Assembly (NCBI GenBank): GCA_907165135.1
Contig: OU015568.1
Span: 5,394,001-5,458,000 of the forward strand
Length of the DNA stretch: 64,000 bases
Direction: 5' to 3'
Source of the DNA: Oikopleura dioica
Lineage: Eukaryota > Animalia > Chordata
The position numbers and the translations under genes are program-made. Under the pieces are notes generated by a model that saw only the letters and a list, made by a program, of their open reading frames with translations, had not been told where the DNA came from and did no database searches. Shown here piece after piece: positions 25,421 through 38,960 of this stretch (position 1 is its first letter; every line of letters begins with the position of its first letter).

Positions 25421-26571
25421 GAAATGGCTCTATTTTTTGAGTTTATCTTAGTTCTGAGCTTGGCAAACTGTTTTAAATCCTGAGTCAGGGTTTTCGGTTA
25501 TCAGTAAAGACTTTTGAAGACCCTGACTCAGGTTTCTACACAGGTTTTCGAGCCAAATTCCATCTGATTTTCCTCTATGATTTCAAGTTCATTTTTCAAT
25601 TTTTGCTAAAAAAAGGAGAAAAAAGTTTTGAATTTTCGATAGGCAAAAGTGGTGTCGATGTTTATTTACAGTATTTCACATATTTGAATAAAAGAGCTTC
25701 GAGTTATCAAAATCTTCGTCGATTTCTTTCGTCGCTTTTCTCGCTTCAATTCTTTTTCTTCTTTACGGATCTTCTCTTCTCGAGATTTTTTCGCCGTATT
25801 TTTGAAGTCGCGAATTCAGTCGATTCCAGCGAAGTCGAAGTCCAATTGATTGATTTTTTAAATATTTACAAAAAGAAAAGTGTCTTTTCTTTTATAAAAA
25901 AGATAGTTTTGGTCCAGTATTTGTTCCAGAAAATTATTCCTGAAGTTGATTTGAAATCTAAAAAGTTATTTTCAAGAAGATTTTTTGACTGCAAAGAAAA
26001 AAGAGGGGAATGAGTTTGAATCGATTCATGAAAAAAAAAATGGTTTTAACCCATGGCCGGCCTGGGTTAACAGCTGCGCAGAGGCATTGGTTTGCCATAG
26101 CAGCACTGTTTCTTTTGGGAATTAAACGGGGTTAATAATCCTTCGTCGCTTTGGCAGCACTGTTTTGGGGTTGAAATTGAGGAAAAATTTTTAGTGCAAA
26201 ATTAAGGGTGGCTCGATCGAATCGACGAAAATGAGTCTAATCATTCGAATTTCGATGACAAAATTTTTCTGAATTTCGATTGGTCTACCGGCTGAGTAAT
26301 GAAATATGATTGGTCTAAAATTTTACCAAAAATTTGGTCAAAATTGTCGATCTTTTTGCGGATCCGGGTCAATTTTAACCATAATATTCGTAATATTTTA
26401 GACCAATTATATGTCTTCATTTGGTCGGTTAGCCAATCAGATTCCAGAAAATATTTTCCGTAAAAATGGATTTGGTTAATTTAAAAGTTCTAGTTTTCTT
26501 AGAAATTTTTTTATAGTGACACCCTTATTTATTTGATTTTTAATTGCAAACAGCCTTTTTTTCTTTGAATT

Positions 26572-29170
26572 TCAACCTCTTTCCTGTTTGTTATCCATCA
26601 ACTCCCTCGTATTTCCCCAAAGCCCGACCATCAGCGGCCTGGTCATCACTCCAGTCGGATCCGCCTCCATCGCCACCGGCTGTCCCGAAGAAAAAGAAGA
26701 GTCCGCTTGTGAGTTGTCATCGAATCCAAGCATCATCCTGTCCGGCATTTCTGTGCTAAAACTTTGACCTGAGCATTGCTCTGGATTTCCTTGGGGATCC
26801 CAGAGGCCGGAGAAGATTGTTTTGTCCGCGTCCCAGGATGGCAGCGAGTTGATCAATTCTTTTGCGTACTAGAAATTGTTGCTTAGACATATGAGATATT
26901 TAAAAATATTAAGAAGAAGGCTTCGTTTATACAAATAGAAAAAAATATGGAAAAATATTCTTTTATTGGGAAATATGGTTTTTTAATTTTTTCTTACCTG
27001 TTGATCGCATTCGAAAAGTGCTCTTTCACAACCAGCAGCTTCCCCATCGCCTCCAACTTCATTGTTCACAGCCAAAATCGACAAACCTGGTCGAGAAAAC
27101 ATCTCATACTTTTTATTCGCCGGGTCGCAGTCGTCTCCATGCCACTTTTTACGTTCAAAATCAATCTATTTAAACAAAATTTGTTCCGAAAAATTTCACT
27201 TTTTTCATGAACACTCCTGTTTGGCGCATTTGTAGCACTCTTTCAAATGTTTGCAGCTTCGGTCGATTGCATCCACGGCTGCTCCACCAGAAACCTTAAA
27301 AATAACAGTTTTTTGGTTTTCAAAATAGACCCCGTTAAAAATCGGGAAGACGGATTGACCCTTAACCCATTCACCCATTAACCCTTCAATCATCAAATAG
27401 CCGGAAAAGCCATCGTAACCATAAGCCGATAACAACCACCCTCCTCCTGACATCATCGAGTTGCTTCCCCCTGACTATTAGAGTAAACTTTTAAGGACAC
27501 CGTGAAATTTTCAACTTGAAGGGCTCTTTTTACGGGTATTTTTCTTTGAAAAACAGTATTTTTCATAATTGAAAAATTGCCAGCTAATTTGCATGAACGC
27601 TGATTTGGCTGATTACCAATTTCAACACGGTTTTTCTCGTCGGAGGTAAACTCTCGGCCATAATGAGCAAACAAACACCTCCGTTCCATGTCACGTTTAC
27701 TAATCTGTTTAACCGCGGGTGAAAAATGGAGAACTCAATGACAAATTTAGGAGGTAGATATCAAGAATCGCCATTTTCCGTCAGATTTTTCCCTCAAAGT
27801 TAAAATAGTAACACCCTTATTTTACTTTGGAAACAAAAACTTTAGACCTTTCTTTTTTCCTTTGGAAGCCGAAATTTCGGATTTCAAAAAATATTTAACA
27901 AAATTTTTCATCGCTAACTTTCCTAAAATGGTCATTTTGGCGACAAGGTGGCCGATTTGCATTAAAGCACCTTGAAAGCTCTAGAAATCTAAATTTTTGG
28001 CTTCCATAGCAAATAGATAATTGCCTGAAATAAGTTTTGAGGCGAAAAAATAAGGGCGTCACTATGATAAAAATTTGAGAAAACACTGATAGCAAATCCA
28101 ATCCTTGATATATACCCCCTTACGGGAGGTTTTCGAGTAAAAACCTTTTTTCTGTCGAAAAATAAGGGTGTCACCACGTTAGTTTTTAGGAAAGCCCGTT
28201 AGAATTAGATTTTCTGCTTTGCTTTGACTTTTTTCTAAAATAAACGTCTAAAACGTGGCGCTATAATTGTGAAAATTGAGTGGATTAATAAAAACTATAA
28301 TCCGATCATTCTTGCCGGTCCATTAAATAAATTTAAGCGGAGCATTTAAACCGCGACATTGCGCTTTTTCAAATGAAATAATTTAAAAATTGAACAACGA
28401 ATTCGATTTTCCGCGGGAAACGTTGGACCCTTAATCTTATTCCAAAACCCGTCATCAGGAAATTGATGCTGAACCTGTCGAGAAAACCTGAGTCAGGGTC
28501 TCAAAAATCTTTCATGAAAAAGTTGTTTTGCGGCTTTTTCAGAATAAAGCCGCGAAAATGCTTCGCCAAAATTTATTAAAGATTCCTCTTAATTTGACGA
28601 TTTAGAGCCTATTACTTAAGGGTATCCCCGAGATAAATAATTATTGCTCTAGAACTCTTCCTAAGCTTCATTTGCATATAAAAATATTTTGGACTATTAA
28701 GGGTATACATGGGGAAAACGCTGTTTGAAATTTTCAAAAAGTCGACGGGGACCCTTAAGTTGTTCTTAATGTTTATCTTGTTTTTGAAAATGCCGCATCG
28801 CGGCTTTTCATGATAGATTTTGAGACCCTTATTCAGGTTTTTAATGCAGGTTACCGATCGTTGTTGACACCCTTAATTTAAAAACTTACCCCTTCATATG
28901 AAAAAATGTTCAAGCAGCTGCAGCCATACGACTCGATTTGCCGCTGATGGTCGATTTGTGGATTGAAGTGATTGACAACTCTTCGCAAGTTGCTCCATTT
29001 CGACTCTAAAAATTAAATAGAAAAACCGCTAGAATGAGATAAGGAAAAGGTTCAGATCCAAGTTTAGGAAGGAAATGAAAACATACCGGATGATGGAGAG
29101 CCTGCAAACCACAAGTCACGTGTGTCTTCTTTTGTTGACGGTCGTCGCTGGTTTATCTTGATAAGGATTG
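26572..29170 (-). CDS. Phospholipase A2-like fold protein, apparently lacking the catalytic His-Asp
   Basis: Minus-strand exons give IESYGCSC (~28920), AVDAIDRSCKHLKECYKC (~27230-27280), CERALFECD (~27010) and ORF 26572-26856. The 5' end is undefined. Confidence 0.55.
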
Positions 29171-30177
29171 AGGGAGAGAAATTTTTTATGAAAAAAAAAC
29201 ATGATTTTTGATAAGAAAAGAAATTTTGTCTGCAAGCCAATCAAAATCCGTAAAAAGCCCGTTTTCGATGAAATACCCTTATGTTCGCCTAAGCCAATTA
29301 AAAATCAGATAAAGTTGTTCTGAGCCAATCAGAAGTCTGCATTCTTTTTTATCGAATCAAAAGCTTTTTGACCTCTTATTGCGGCTGAAAATGACGCTTT
29401 TGTTTCGAAAAATTGATGACCGTTAAAATTGCAAAATCATTGATTTTCTTCACGTTCTCGTACTTTGTGCGTGGCAGATTGAAACATATATTTTCCTGTT
29501 GCGCGAAAATTTTCTAAGTGAAGGCTCCAGCCGTTGATTTAATTTTAAGATCTGCCTTGATCTTCAAGATCTTCAAGATCCGTCCTTAAGTCTTCCAGCA
29601 CGAATTTTGCAATTCTAGCGCATATTTTTCTGATAGATAACATTGAGTTGAACCTAACCTAACTCTTTATGAGATGGACTTTTCGTAAGCGAGCGGGTTT
29701 TATCAAATTTACGTCGGATTATGATTCCGGATTATTTTTTCAGCGGATAGAACAAATTAGAAGCGTCACGGAAGCGCAATCTTTTACAAATGCCCTCCCC
29801 TTAATTTTCGAATCTGGGCCTTAAATTGTCGATAAACCTGTGAATAGCGCCTTAAATTGTTGATTTTCGACTACGACGAATTTTTTCTAGTCGAAAAATT
29901 GACAATTTAGGGCGTTCTTCAAAGGTTTATCAGGAATTAAGGACCCTTAATTTCAATCATTAATTGACAATTTAGCGAAGGGCGATCGATAAATCAACAA
30001 TTTAGGGAGTTATGGTTTATGGACAATTTAGGAAAAATAGTAGAAAAAGAGTCGACAATTTGAGAATGATTTTTTTCTCAAATTTTTTCTTCTTTATAAT
30101 TTTAAACGAAAAATAAAGAAGCTTGGTCGTGGAAAAAAATTTTTTGAAACACACGTCGTTCCCCAAAAAATGAGGTC

Positions 30178-30932
30178 TTAAGGATATAAGCTATGAATTT
30201 GAACTTTCGTAGCGCCTAAATGCGACGTAGGAACATTTTCATTTCAAAAGCAGTCCTACCTAAAATTGCACGTAGAACTCAAATCTGGAACTTTTGAAAA
30301 AATTTTATGGAAAATTTTCTCTCTAGAGCGATTTCAAATCTTACGCTCTCGATTGCTCGAATTTTTCCATTGAATCGCTAAAACTAAACCGTGTCTTTTA
30401 TTTTGATGATGTTAAGCTAGAAAATTGACGGGTTTTTATTTCGAAACTCCCTCAAATTTTCATTCTAGCGTTTTCCTCTTTCTTGCTCGAGTTTTTCTTC
30501 TTTTGTGCTTTTTCGCGTGCAACCAATCAAAGCGCTCCGCTCAACCGCGCCACTCTCACGGAAAAGAGGAGCTGAGAGAGCGAGCGCCCATCGCGCCGCT
30601 TTTTACACTATTCACGCGCTGGATAAGCCTCATGGAAATGGCTCTAAAATCGGTTTCGGTCGGAATTAGGGAAAACTGATCCGTCAATTTTGTAGATAAG
30701 GGTTAAGAGAAGTTATTCATCGAAAAACTCGACCGATTTAGTGGAAAAATTTCGAGAAATCGAGAGCGTAAGATTTCAAAACGCTCTAAAACGAAAATTT
30801 TCTATAAATTTTTTTAAAATACCAGATTTGAGTTTTACGTGCATTTTTAGGTAGGATTACTTTTGAAGTGAAAATGATCCTACTTCGCATTTAGGCGCTA
30901 CGAAAGTTCAAATTCATAGCTTATATCCTTAA
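30178..30932. mobile_element. TTAA-flanked foldback element, Kolobok-like
   Basis: TTAA|GGATATAAGCTATG ... CATAGCTTATATCC|TTAA with ~200-bp inverted arms. Confidence 0.75.
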
Positions 30933-33234
30933 AAATGTGAGAAAGTGTACCAATAATCCAAAAGCGCATTCCACGAGCACATTTAAGGAGCTCAATTAGC
31001 TTAAAATATTTTTCACGCTGACGTTCCAACAATGACTTTTTCCGCAAAATATGACGACTGTCAACCATTGCAAATACCGTTGAAAAAGTTGAATAAGGGT
31101 GTCACTTCGGTAAAACAGGCCGAATATTCCGGGTGGTGCCATGACTCGACAAAAATATTGCAATGTAGAATTCGATCTTTTGGAAAAATATTTTTAAAAT
31201 TTGATTGGCCAAATGACCAAATGAAGACATTTAATTGGTCAAGAATCTCACCAGAATTTCTGTCAAAATTAAAGAGATTTAGCTCGAATAGGGAAAATTG
31301 CATCAATTTTGACAAAATTTTCAACCAATCAGATGTCCTCGTTAGGCCGGTTGGCCAATCAGATTTCTGAAAAATTTTTCAAAAGTTCTAATTTCTAATT
31401 TATTTTTCCGATTCGAGCTTTTGTCCAAAAGCTGAGTTTGGGTTCAAAAAAGAACCAGCGTTTATTCTTTCCGTGAAAGCTGCGTTTTCTTCATTCATCA
31501 AAAACATGCGCGTTTCTTAACAAAGTTACGTTTAATTTACAAACTCTACGTTCGTTTCTTTTCAATTGCGTGTTGCTTTAGACAACGGCGAGTTATGAAG
31601 AAACAGCGTTGATGAAACAATCTGCCGACTATTTTGGCTAAATATCCAAAAAAGCTTTTCCAACAGTGCTAAAAGCGTCTGATTATACATTATTTTTAGA
31701 GAGCGGTTTTGACACGTTCTTACTGTTTTTATCAAATAATCGTGTTTCTTATTCGAATTCGGAAAATATCGAAATGTGAAAAACCTGAGTCAGGGTCTGA
31801 AAGGTGGTCGAAAATGAAGATGAAAATAAGGGGCTCACTTCGATAGTAAAACTCATTATAGAAAGGCTGAGATGCTTATCCCTAACCCTTGTTACCTGTG
31901 CAAAAGCCTGAGTCAGGGTCTCAAATATCATAAACGAAAATTTGAGACCCTGACTCAGGTTTTCTTCAAAGTTTACAAAGGTAAGGAATGAGTATCTCAG
32001 CATTTTTAAATGACTTTTGTTAACGAAGAGAACCCCTTATTTTCATTTCAACATTCAGGGTCTCAAATATCTTAACGAATAGCCGCAAACTTTGCGGCTT
32101 CTATTATAAAAGCCGCTTCGCGGCTTTTCCTTTAAGAAATTTGAGACCCTGACTTAGGTTTTCTTCAAAGCTCAGGGCTGAGTATCTCACCGTTTTTACA
32201 ACAGCTTTTGTTAACGAAGAGAACCCCTTATTTTCATTTCAATATTGAATAATTTTGTCGAGTTTCTTTATTGTAATTTGTCTGAACGTTGGTAAGGAAC
32301 TGTCCGTTTGTCCAGTAACATTCAGTGCAAACCTCAAGTGGTTAGTTGAACTAAGACTCTGACGCGATCTGAAGGGCTTCGGAATCCAAAGTCATTAGCA
32401 AACGATTGGTTTTTGTGGTCTAAGTGATTTCCAAATTCTTTTATTCCGTAGTTCTTTCTAGCACGCCTCAATTCAGAATCAACTTATGATTGAAAGGGAA
32501 TTTCGCGTCGCTTGAAAATGTAAACTTCGCAAAAAGCTTCAAAAATAAGCTGAACAAGTGGCCTGTTTTCGCGCGTGTCATGAACAGGGACTCGACACGG
32601 TCATTTTCGCCAAAAGTGCTGGTTCTGTTTTTACTCGTCTAAATTTTAAGCGCTTTCCTGAAAATTAACCCTTTTCTGCGTGGAGGACAATAAATTGGTG
32701 CGGAAGGATTAAGGGAGTAGACGTCAGAATCTAATTTTTCCTTTTAACTTATTTTTCAAAAAATTATCAAAGTGACACCCTTATTTTCTTACCAAAAATC
32801 ACTGCGGCTTTGAGAAGAATATTTAGCCGCGCTTCGCGCGGCTTTTTTATATTGTTTGCTCGAAGCCGAAAACGGCTTCTCGATAAGACAGCCAAGGATT
32901 TTTGTCACTAGAAAAATTGCTCAAACTTAAACTTAAAGAAAGAAGCCTCAAGATGCGTAGGAATGCGGGAGTGAAATTCTGCATCTGGTTGATCCAAGCC
33001 GGTTAAGGATGCCCAGCGCGTTCACCGCGTCATGCATATGTCCCCATTTTGGCGAGTGTCTGATCCTCGCGCATTTTGTGAATTTCAAGCACCCACCGGT
33101 AATACTTGCCGACGCACCACGTATTCCCCAGCCCGCTACGTACAGAAAATTTAAACAGAGAAACATACAACTTTATCGTCTTTTTTATTAATAAAGTCTT
33201 CATGAACAAATCTGCCAAGAGAGTCATGAAGATA

Positions 33235-33580
33235 TTTTTCACTTTTTCTTTATATCCAAAGAATTTTTAATAAGGGTATCACTCCTTAATCAGTAGAAAG
33301 AAATTTTCAATCGCAAATATAAAATTTAAAATCTAACAACTTAAGTTTTTGATGATTTCTTCGAGAAGCCGCTCGCGGCTTCGAGTAAACATAAAATTAG
33401 CCGCGCAAAGCGCGGCTTTTATAAAATTACTTGAAGCCGGAAGCGGTTTCTCGAAGAAATCACTAAAAACTTGATTTGTTAGATTTTAAATATGATTTTT
33501 CTTTTGAAGATTTCTTTCTAGAAATTAAGGGAGTGACGCCCTTATTTAAAATTCTTTGAAATAATAAGAAAAATTGAAAA
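33235..33580. repeat. Long palindrome centred on three AAGCCGC/GCGGCTT hairpins
   Basis: Arms pair from the centre (~33410) outward and include TAAGGG..CAC modules. Confidence 0.7.
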
Positions 33581-34030
33581 ATAAAGAAGAGGATTTTAAA
33601 AGTGAGATAAGGTTTGCCAACTCAGAGTTTGTCAAAAACGGGTCCATAATCGTTTTTGATAAGTAGATTGCAAAACGCCTTATCTTTTGGACTTTCGAAA
33701 CTTAGACGGTGCGCAGCGGATGAGTCTATTGGAATGATCAAGTAATCGGGTCTGGATTATCCCCTCCGTGTACTCTAACATCACGCCACTGCCACGTTGA
33801 TCATCTTGCAACTTTTCTCGGTTTCTAGGATTTGCGCAATTAGCGATTTCAAATTGGAGAGAAATGAACTTCGCCTCTTGAATAAAACTACCGTTTTGCT
33901 AAGTCTTATTGCGTGCAAAACTGTTTTTACCCAGGAACACGAGTAACGTTGCATTTTTTCTGGAAAGAATTTTTCCAATCTAAGCCCAAGTTTTTGGTCA
34001 ATTATTGTTACCGTTTGATTATGTGCTAAA

Positions 34031-34193
34031 TTAAGGGAGTCACAACGAAATCACCAATTTTAAATAGGCGCTTATTGAAGGTTAGGGTTAAGATAAAAAT
34101 AAATTATTGAATCCATTATTTTTTATTTTTATCTTAACCCTTACCTTCAATAAGCGCCTACTTAAAATTGGTGATTTCGTTGTGACTCCTTAA
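34031..34193. mobile_element. Near-perfect 163-bp palindrome with TTAA ends, Kolobok-like MITE
   Basis: TTAAGGGAGTCACAACGAAATCACCAATTTTAA ... TTAAAATTGGTGATTTCGTTGTGACTCCTTAA. Confidence 0.75.
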
Positions 34194-36773
34194 TTTATCA
34201 CATAATCAAACCCCAACCGAAAACTTGATTATTACTAATAATCTTTTATCGTCCGCTTATCATTTCTAAAGAACCATTTATAACTTAAAGTTTTAAAGAA
34301 TCATCAAAATTTTCCTCCATCAAACATTCGCCAGCGCATCGCTAGAAAAAGCTCTCGTAGTAACACGTCCTTGATATCAAAATAATGATGAGTTCGACGC
34401 GCTAAAATTGCGATTTCGCGTGTCCAAGTTTCCCAAAACTTCAAAAGCTCAAAATCATCAAAACTTCTCCCTTCATATCTACAGTAGCTACAGGACACGA
34501 AAAAACAACCACAGGGACAGATCTTGAGTTCACTAAAGCTGCAGTCTATTTTTCGCTGCGGTTTGTTTTAAAAGGCTAAATGACCTAAAATTGACCGGCA
34601 AGATAAATTTTTGATTAATTTGGTTAAAAACCACGACTTTCCGAATCTTACCAGAACCTTTTTTGTTATTTTTGAACTCCACTAACGTCATCATGGTTTT
34701 TTACTATCTTACTGTAAATATGATTTTGCAGTCATTTTTTCTATCAATTTTTATTCATCTTTTTGATTTAAAATTTTTATAGAATCAAAAAAAGATTCAT
34801 TGATTCAAAAATTCAGAAATTCAATAAAAATATTAAGGGTGTCTCAATCTTAAATTTTTTGAAGTTTTTCTAAGAATCTCTTAAAAAATCGAAAAATAAT
34901 CGAAAAATGAGTGCAATTGATAGAAAGTTCCCTTTAAAAACCTTGGAAAAATCATAAGAGTGTGACACCCTTAATAAAAACCTTATATTTTCTTTTTTGG
35001 ACATTTTGGTTCTTTAAAAATGAGAAAAACTGTCAAAAGAAGACCCCCTTACGAAAGAAAGTCCAGATTATAAGTCAAAAGAAGATTAAGGCTATGTGCA
35101 GTCAAAAAAAAATATGTGTGGTTAAAGTTTGAGGGATGACGAAGTACTTCCGTCGGAGAGGGATGGGAACGGAAGCGCGCGAATAAGAGGTCAGAAGGAG
35201 CATTAATTCGGGCCCGTTTTTTCTCAATTCAAGGGTCAGATTTAATTCCGATCAAAAACGTATCAAAAATCAAGAGGGCGAACTTGAGGTTTTCACTTCG
35301 GAAAGAGGCGGTTTCCAAGGAAAGAATTGACTATTTTCTTATTCGATTTTAAGGGTGTCCCCAAACTGATTTAAAAATTTCCGCTTTTTGTTAACAAACC
35401 TTTTAAATTAAGGGTAGAAACTCTAATTTGACCTTTTTAATAACTCAGAGTATATATAAAACAGAGTATTCATTTTTATTGAAAAAGAAAATAAGGGTGT
35501 CACCATTCTCGCGGATACAATACTTCTTCGAAAAAAAAAGTTTTTTTAAGGGATTTCCTTGCAACTTGCTTGTTAGAAATCCTTTAAAATGGCGAATTTC
35601 GTTCGAAAAATTTATCCGGTAAAATTGTGACACCCTTATTTTCTTTACCAAATTATCAATTCTTTCTTCTTTAATTCAAATCGAAAATTTTAAAATATAA
35701 ATTTTTTTAAATTTGAATTCAAAAAAAAAAAAATTATAAAAATAACAATTAAAATTAATTGAATAATGAGATAATTATTTTTGAGAAAAAAATTCTTTTC
35801 AACTTCATTTTATTTTCTCTCAATCCATGCCTGTTCGCTTGGCACTCCAAAAACCGAAGCAATCAAAGAAATAGCAATTTTCATTTTTGATTTCAATGAA
35901 AAGTCGTTCCAATCTCTCTATATCGGAAAAATCGGAAAACAAAAGTTTCAAATAGGCTTTTGAAAAACGTAAAAAAGTGAAAAAAATCGAGCCTGACAGA
36001 GGAACACGGAGGTTCTTTACTTTAATTGACAGTTAGTCTTCGTCTTTTGCCAGTTTTCTTCAAGTTGAAATTGCGCCCGCTCTGGCGCGCTCTCTGAAAA
36101 CGCGCGAAAATGAGGGCGCGCCAGGGCAACTAGCGCGGGGATAGATTTGAGCGCTTCTTCTAGCGCAGCGCGAACTTGACAATTTCGACAAAGGACAATT
36201 CAGCCATCATTTTCAAGTTCACTCGTTCAAAAACTCGGGTTATCGAAAAGCCGCTTGCGGCTTCGAGAAGGTCAAAATAAAAGCCGCGCTTGTGCGGCTT
36301 CAATTTCGTCTTATCTGATCCCTAACTACTGTATCTAACAGTAGGTTCTCAAAAAGATCTAGGAAAAACAAAAAAAAAGCCGCAGCTTCATTTTGTTTTA
36401 TTATCGAAGCCGCGAACCCGGGTCAAATTCTAGTTCAAATTCAAATCCAAGCCGCGATCTTAGAAAGACACGGTGGGATTTTATGCACGGCGCTTATCTA
36501 TGCATCCAACTCAAGATTTGCTTCTTTTTTTTGCTTACGTGAGTCACGTGACACTCTTTTGCTCGAAGTTCGCATTTTGAGCTTGCTACCTGTTGCACAA
36601 GAGTTGCAAAAAAAGAAACTTTGGCTCACCTTGGATTTCCTCCCTAATCTATATTGTTTCACGAAAAACAGTGGCTTTAGCGGCCAAAGAAAGAGCATTT
36701 CCTGAACTCTCAACAAAAAATCGAGAAGCCGCTTGCGGCTTCGAGATCATGAAAAGCTAAAGGCGCGATTAGA

Positions 36774-36958
36774 ATAAGGGGAGTTGTCAGGAACCAACAA
36801 AAAATCCCGACAAACTTTGCGTGGAAATTTTCGACCAATAAGAAGGCTCAAAATCGGCCAATAAGAAGCCTGAAAATTTGCCAATCAGCAGCCAAAGAGC
36901 CACCCACGCAAAATTTTTCGATTTTTTTTTTTGTCGATTCCTGACGCCATCCCCTTAA
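36774..36958. mobile_element. MITE-like element carrying three tandem CCAAT boxes
   Basis: Inverted ends ATAAGGGGAGTTGTCAGGAA / TTCCTGACGCCATCCCCTTAA. CCAAT occurs at ~23-24-nt spacing at 36833-36885. Confidence 0.6.
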
Positions 36959-38012
36959 ATAAGCGGCTTTTAAAAGGCCTTAAAAGTCTTTTAATAATAG
37001 GTCTTTTTCAACAGATTTTTTGGATCCTTTTCTCTTTTCCTTAAAAAAAAAGTTTTTCCCCGAAAAATGACTATATTTTACATTTTGATGAGCATTTTTG
37101 CCTGTAAGTAAAAAATTTAGTTTCAAAAAACATCATTCTTCGGTGGCTTTATTTTAGCTGCTTCTTTCCAAAAATCGAAATACAGCGTGAGCAATATTTT
37201 CTCTGTTTTTCACATTTTGGCGAATCGTCAAACGCCTCGAATACTGGCAATTACAGTCGCCTGTTTCCTGTGAGTACTTGTTCTTCGCCGAAAAAGTTCC
37301 GTCGCGGTCAGATAATAATTAACAGCGGAAGTTTAATCGAGCGGCTCTCTCTTCTTCCTGCTTAGACGTGTAGAGGGGCAATTTTAAAAATTCCAAACTG
37401 TAAGCGAATTTTTAATTTTAATCGAGGGTTAATTGTAGCTCACTGAACGTGGCTTTTTGGAGTGTTCGGAGGTGTCGGCCCGGATCAGCTACTGAAGCAC
37501 GATAAGTTTGCTCGATGATCGTTCCACTCAAAATAAGTTGATTGGCGAAGTTAATTACTTTCAATAATCAGGATGAGATTTTCTGATAGCTGTCTCCTTG
37601 GCTCGTGTTTCTGAGTGTTACTGTATAGTCTATACAGTATAGAAAACCTGAGTCAGGCTCTGATAGAGCTTAGATCTTTGCTCGGCAACCTGTGTCAAAA
37701 TTCTGAGTCAGGGTTTTTAAAGAGACAAATGAAAAGCCGCGACGCTTTGCGGCTTTTTTTTAACCGCATCGCGGCTTTCGTTGAAGCTGTTTGAGACCCT
37801 GACTCAGGATTTTTAAACAAGTCGCCGAATCGGGGCTACAATAGAAAGCTGCTCCAAGGTCTTTGAGACAGAGAAACAAAATTCTCTTTCACGAGTTCTC
37901 GTTTAGTTTCTTGTTTATCTTACTGTACTTGTTTATTAGTTTGACTGATCAGCAGACTATAAAATCCAAGTTTTTGAGGACCCTCAAAATATTGCGAAAA
38001 AAGAAATCAAAA

Positions 38013-38361
38013 ATGAAGTTGAATCTCTTTTTCTTCCTGCTTTTCGCTGTCGGCTCTGCTTTTTGGCGCCGACGAGAGTTTCGACCTTATCCCTCGCAGT
38101 TGAGGAGTTATAGGTCTAGAGTAAGAGAGGTAACGCTGTTTAGAAAATTTTCACGACAACAAATATTTTAAGAGAATGATTGACGATTATAAGAATCGTC
38201 GATATCGCGGTCGATACTATTCTTCCCTATACCGATTTCTTTCTCAAGAAGACGAAGAAAAGTCTCTCCTCAATAGAATACCGCGCTTCGAAAATTCCAA
38301 GATCGTGGAATCAAAAAAGATCGAGTCGAAAAAGGTGGAAAAGAAAAAGGAAAACAATTAA
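38013..38361 (+). CDS. Small secreted Arg/Tyr/Lys-rich peptide, ~99 aa
   Basis: Signal peptide MKLNLFFFLLFAVGSA. Exons 38013-38120 and 38173-38361 join in frame across a 52-nt GT-AG intron. Confidence 0.6.
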
Positions 38362-38849
38362 AGGCTCGTCTCGGCAATCTGTGCAGAAAACCTGAGTCAG
38401 GGTCTGAAAAGCTGAAATTTCCCTTCTATCAAATCTCGGAAAAAAAATAAAAAAAAAAATCTGGAAAAAATTCGTCACGTTTTTTGAATTAAACATCTGT
38501 AATTTCTGAAAATTGTGAATCTGAATATTCGTCACGTGAAAATTGTGCAATCTCTTCCGGGCAGCGAGCGGAATACTGCAGTTTGACTTTTAGAAGAAGC
38601 CAAAATCTTGTTTCAAACAAAAATGACCTTATCGCTCTTGACATTGTCTTATCGATAATAGAATACGCGATAATAAATCGCATCAACGGCAAAAAGATCA
38701 AGATCAAAAAGATAGACGCAAATTTCATGAGCAAGCAAAATGGAGAGAAAATGGTAAATCGACTTTCTGATTGGCTGAGAAAGAGAATACTTGCCTCTTA
38801 TTGGCTCAGAAGAAACGCCAGCCCCTTTATTTCTGGGCGACACTGATTA

Positions 38850-38960
38850 TGTCGCCGAATGTCGCTAAATGTCGCTGAATGTCGCTGAATGTCGTTGAAT
38901 GTCGCCGAATGTCGCTGAATGTCGTTGAATCTCGTCAAATGTCGCTGAATGTCGCCGAAT
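38850..38960 (+). repeat. 10-bp minisatellite (TGTCGCTGAA) x ~11
   Basis: Direct tandem array. Inverted degenerate units follow at ~39020-39065. Confidence 0.9.

Noticed and set aside
34304-34560. Cys-containing short minus-strand ORF
   Set aside because: It is isolated, with no supportable exon chain or motif.
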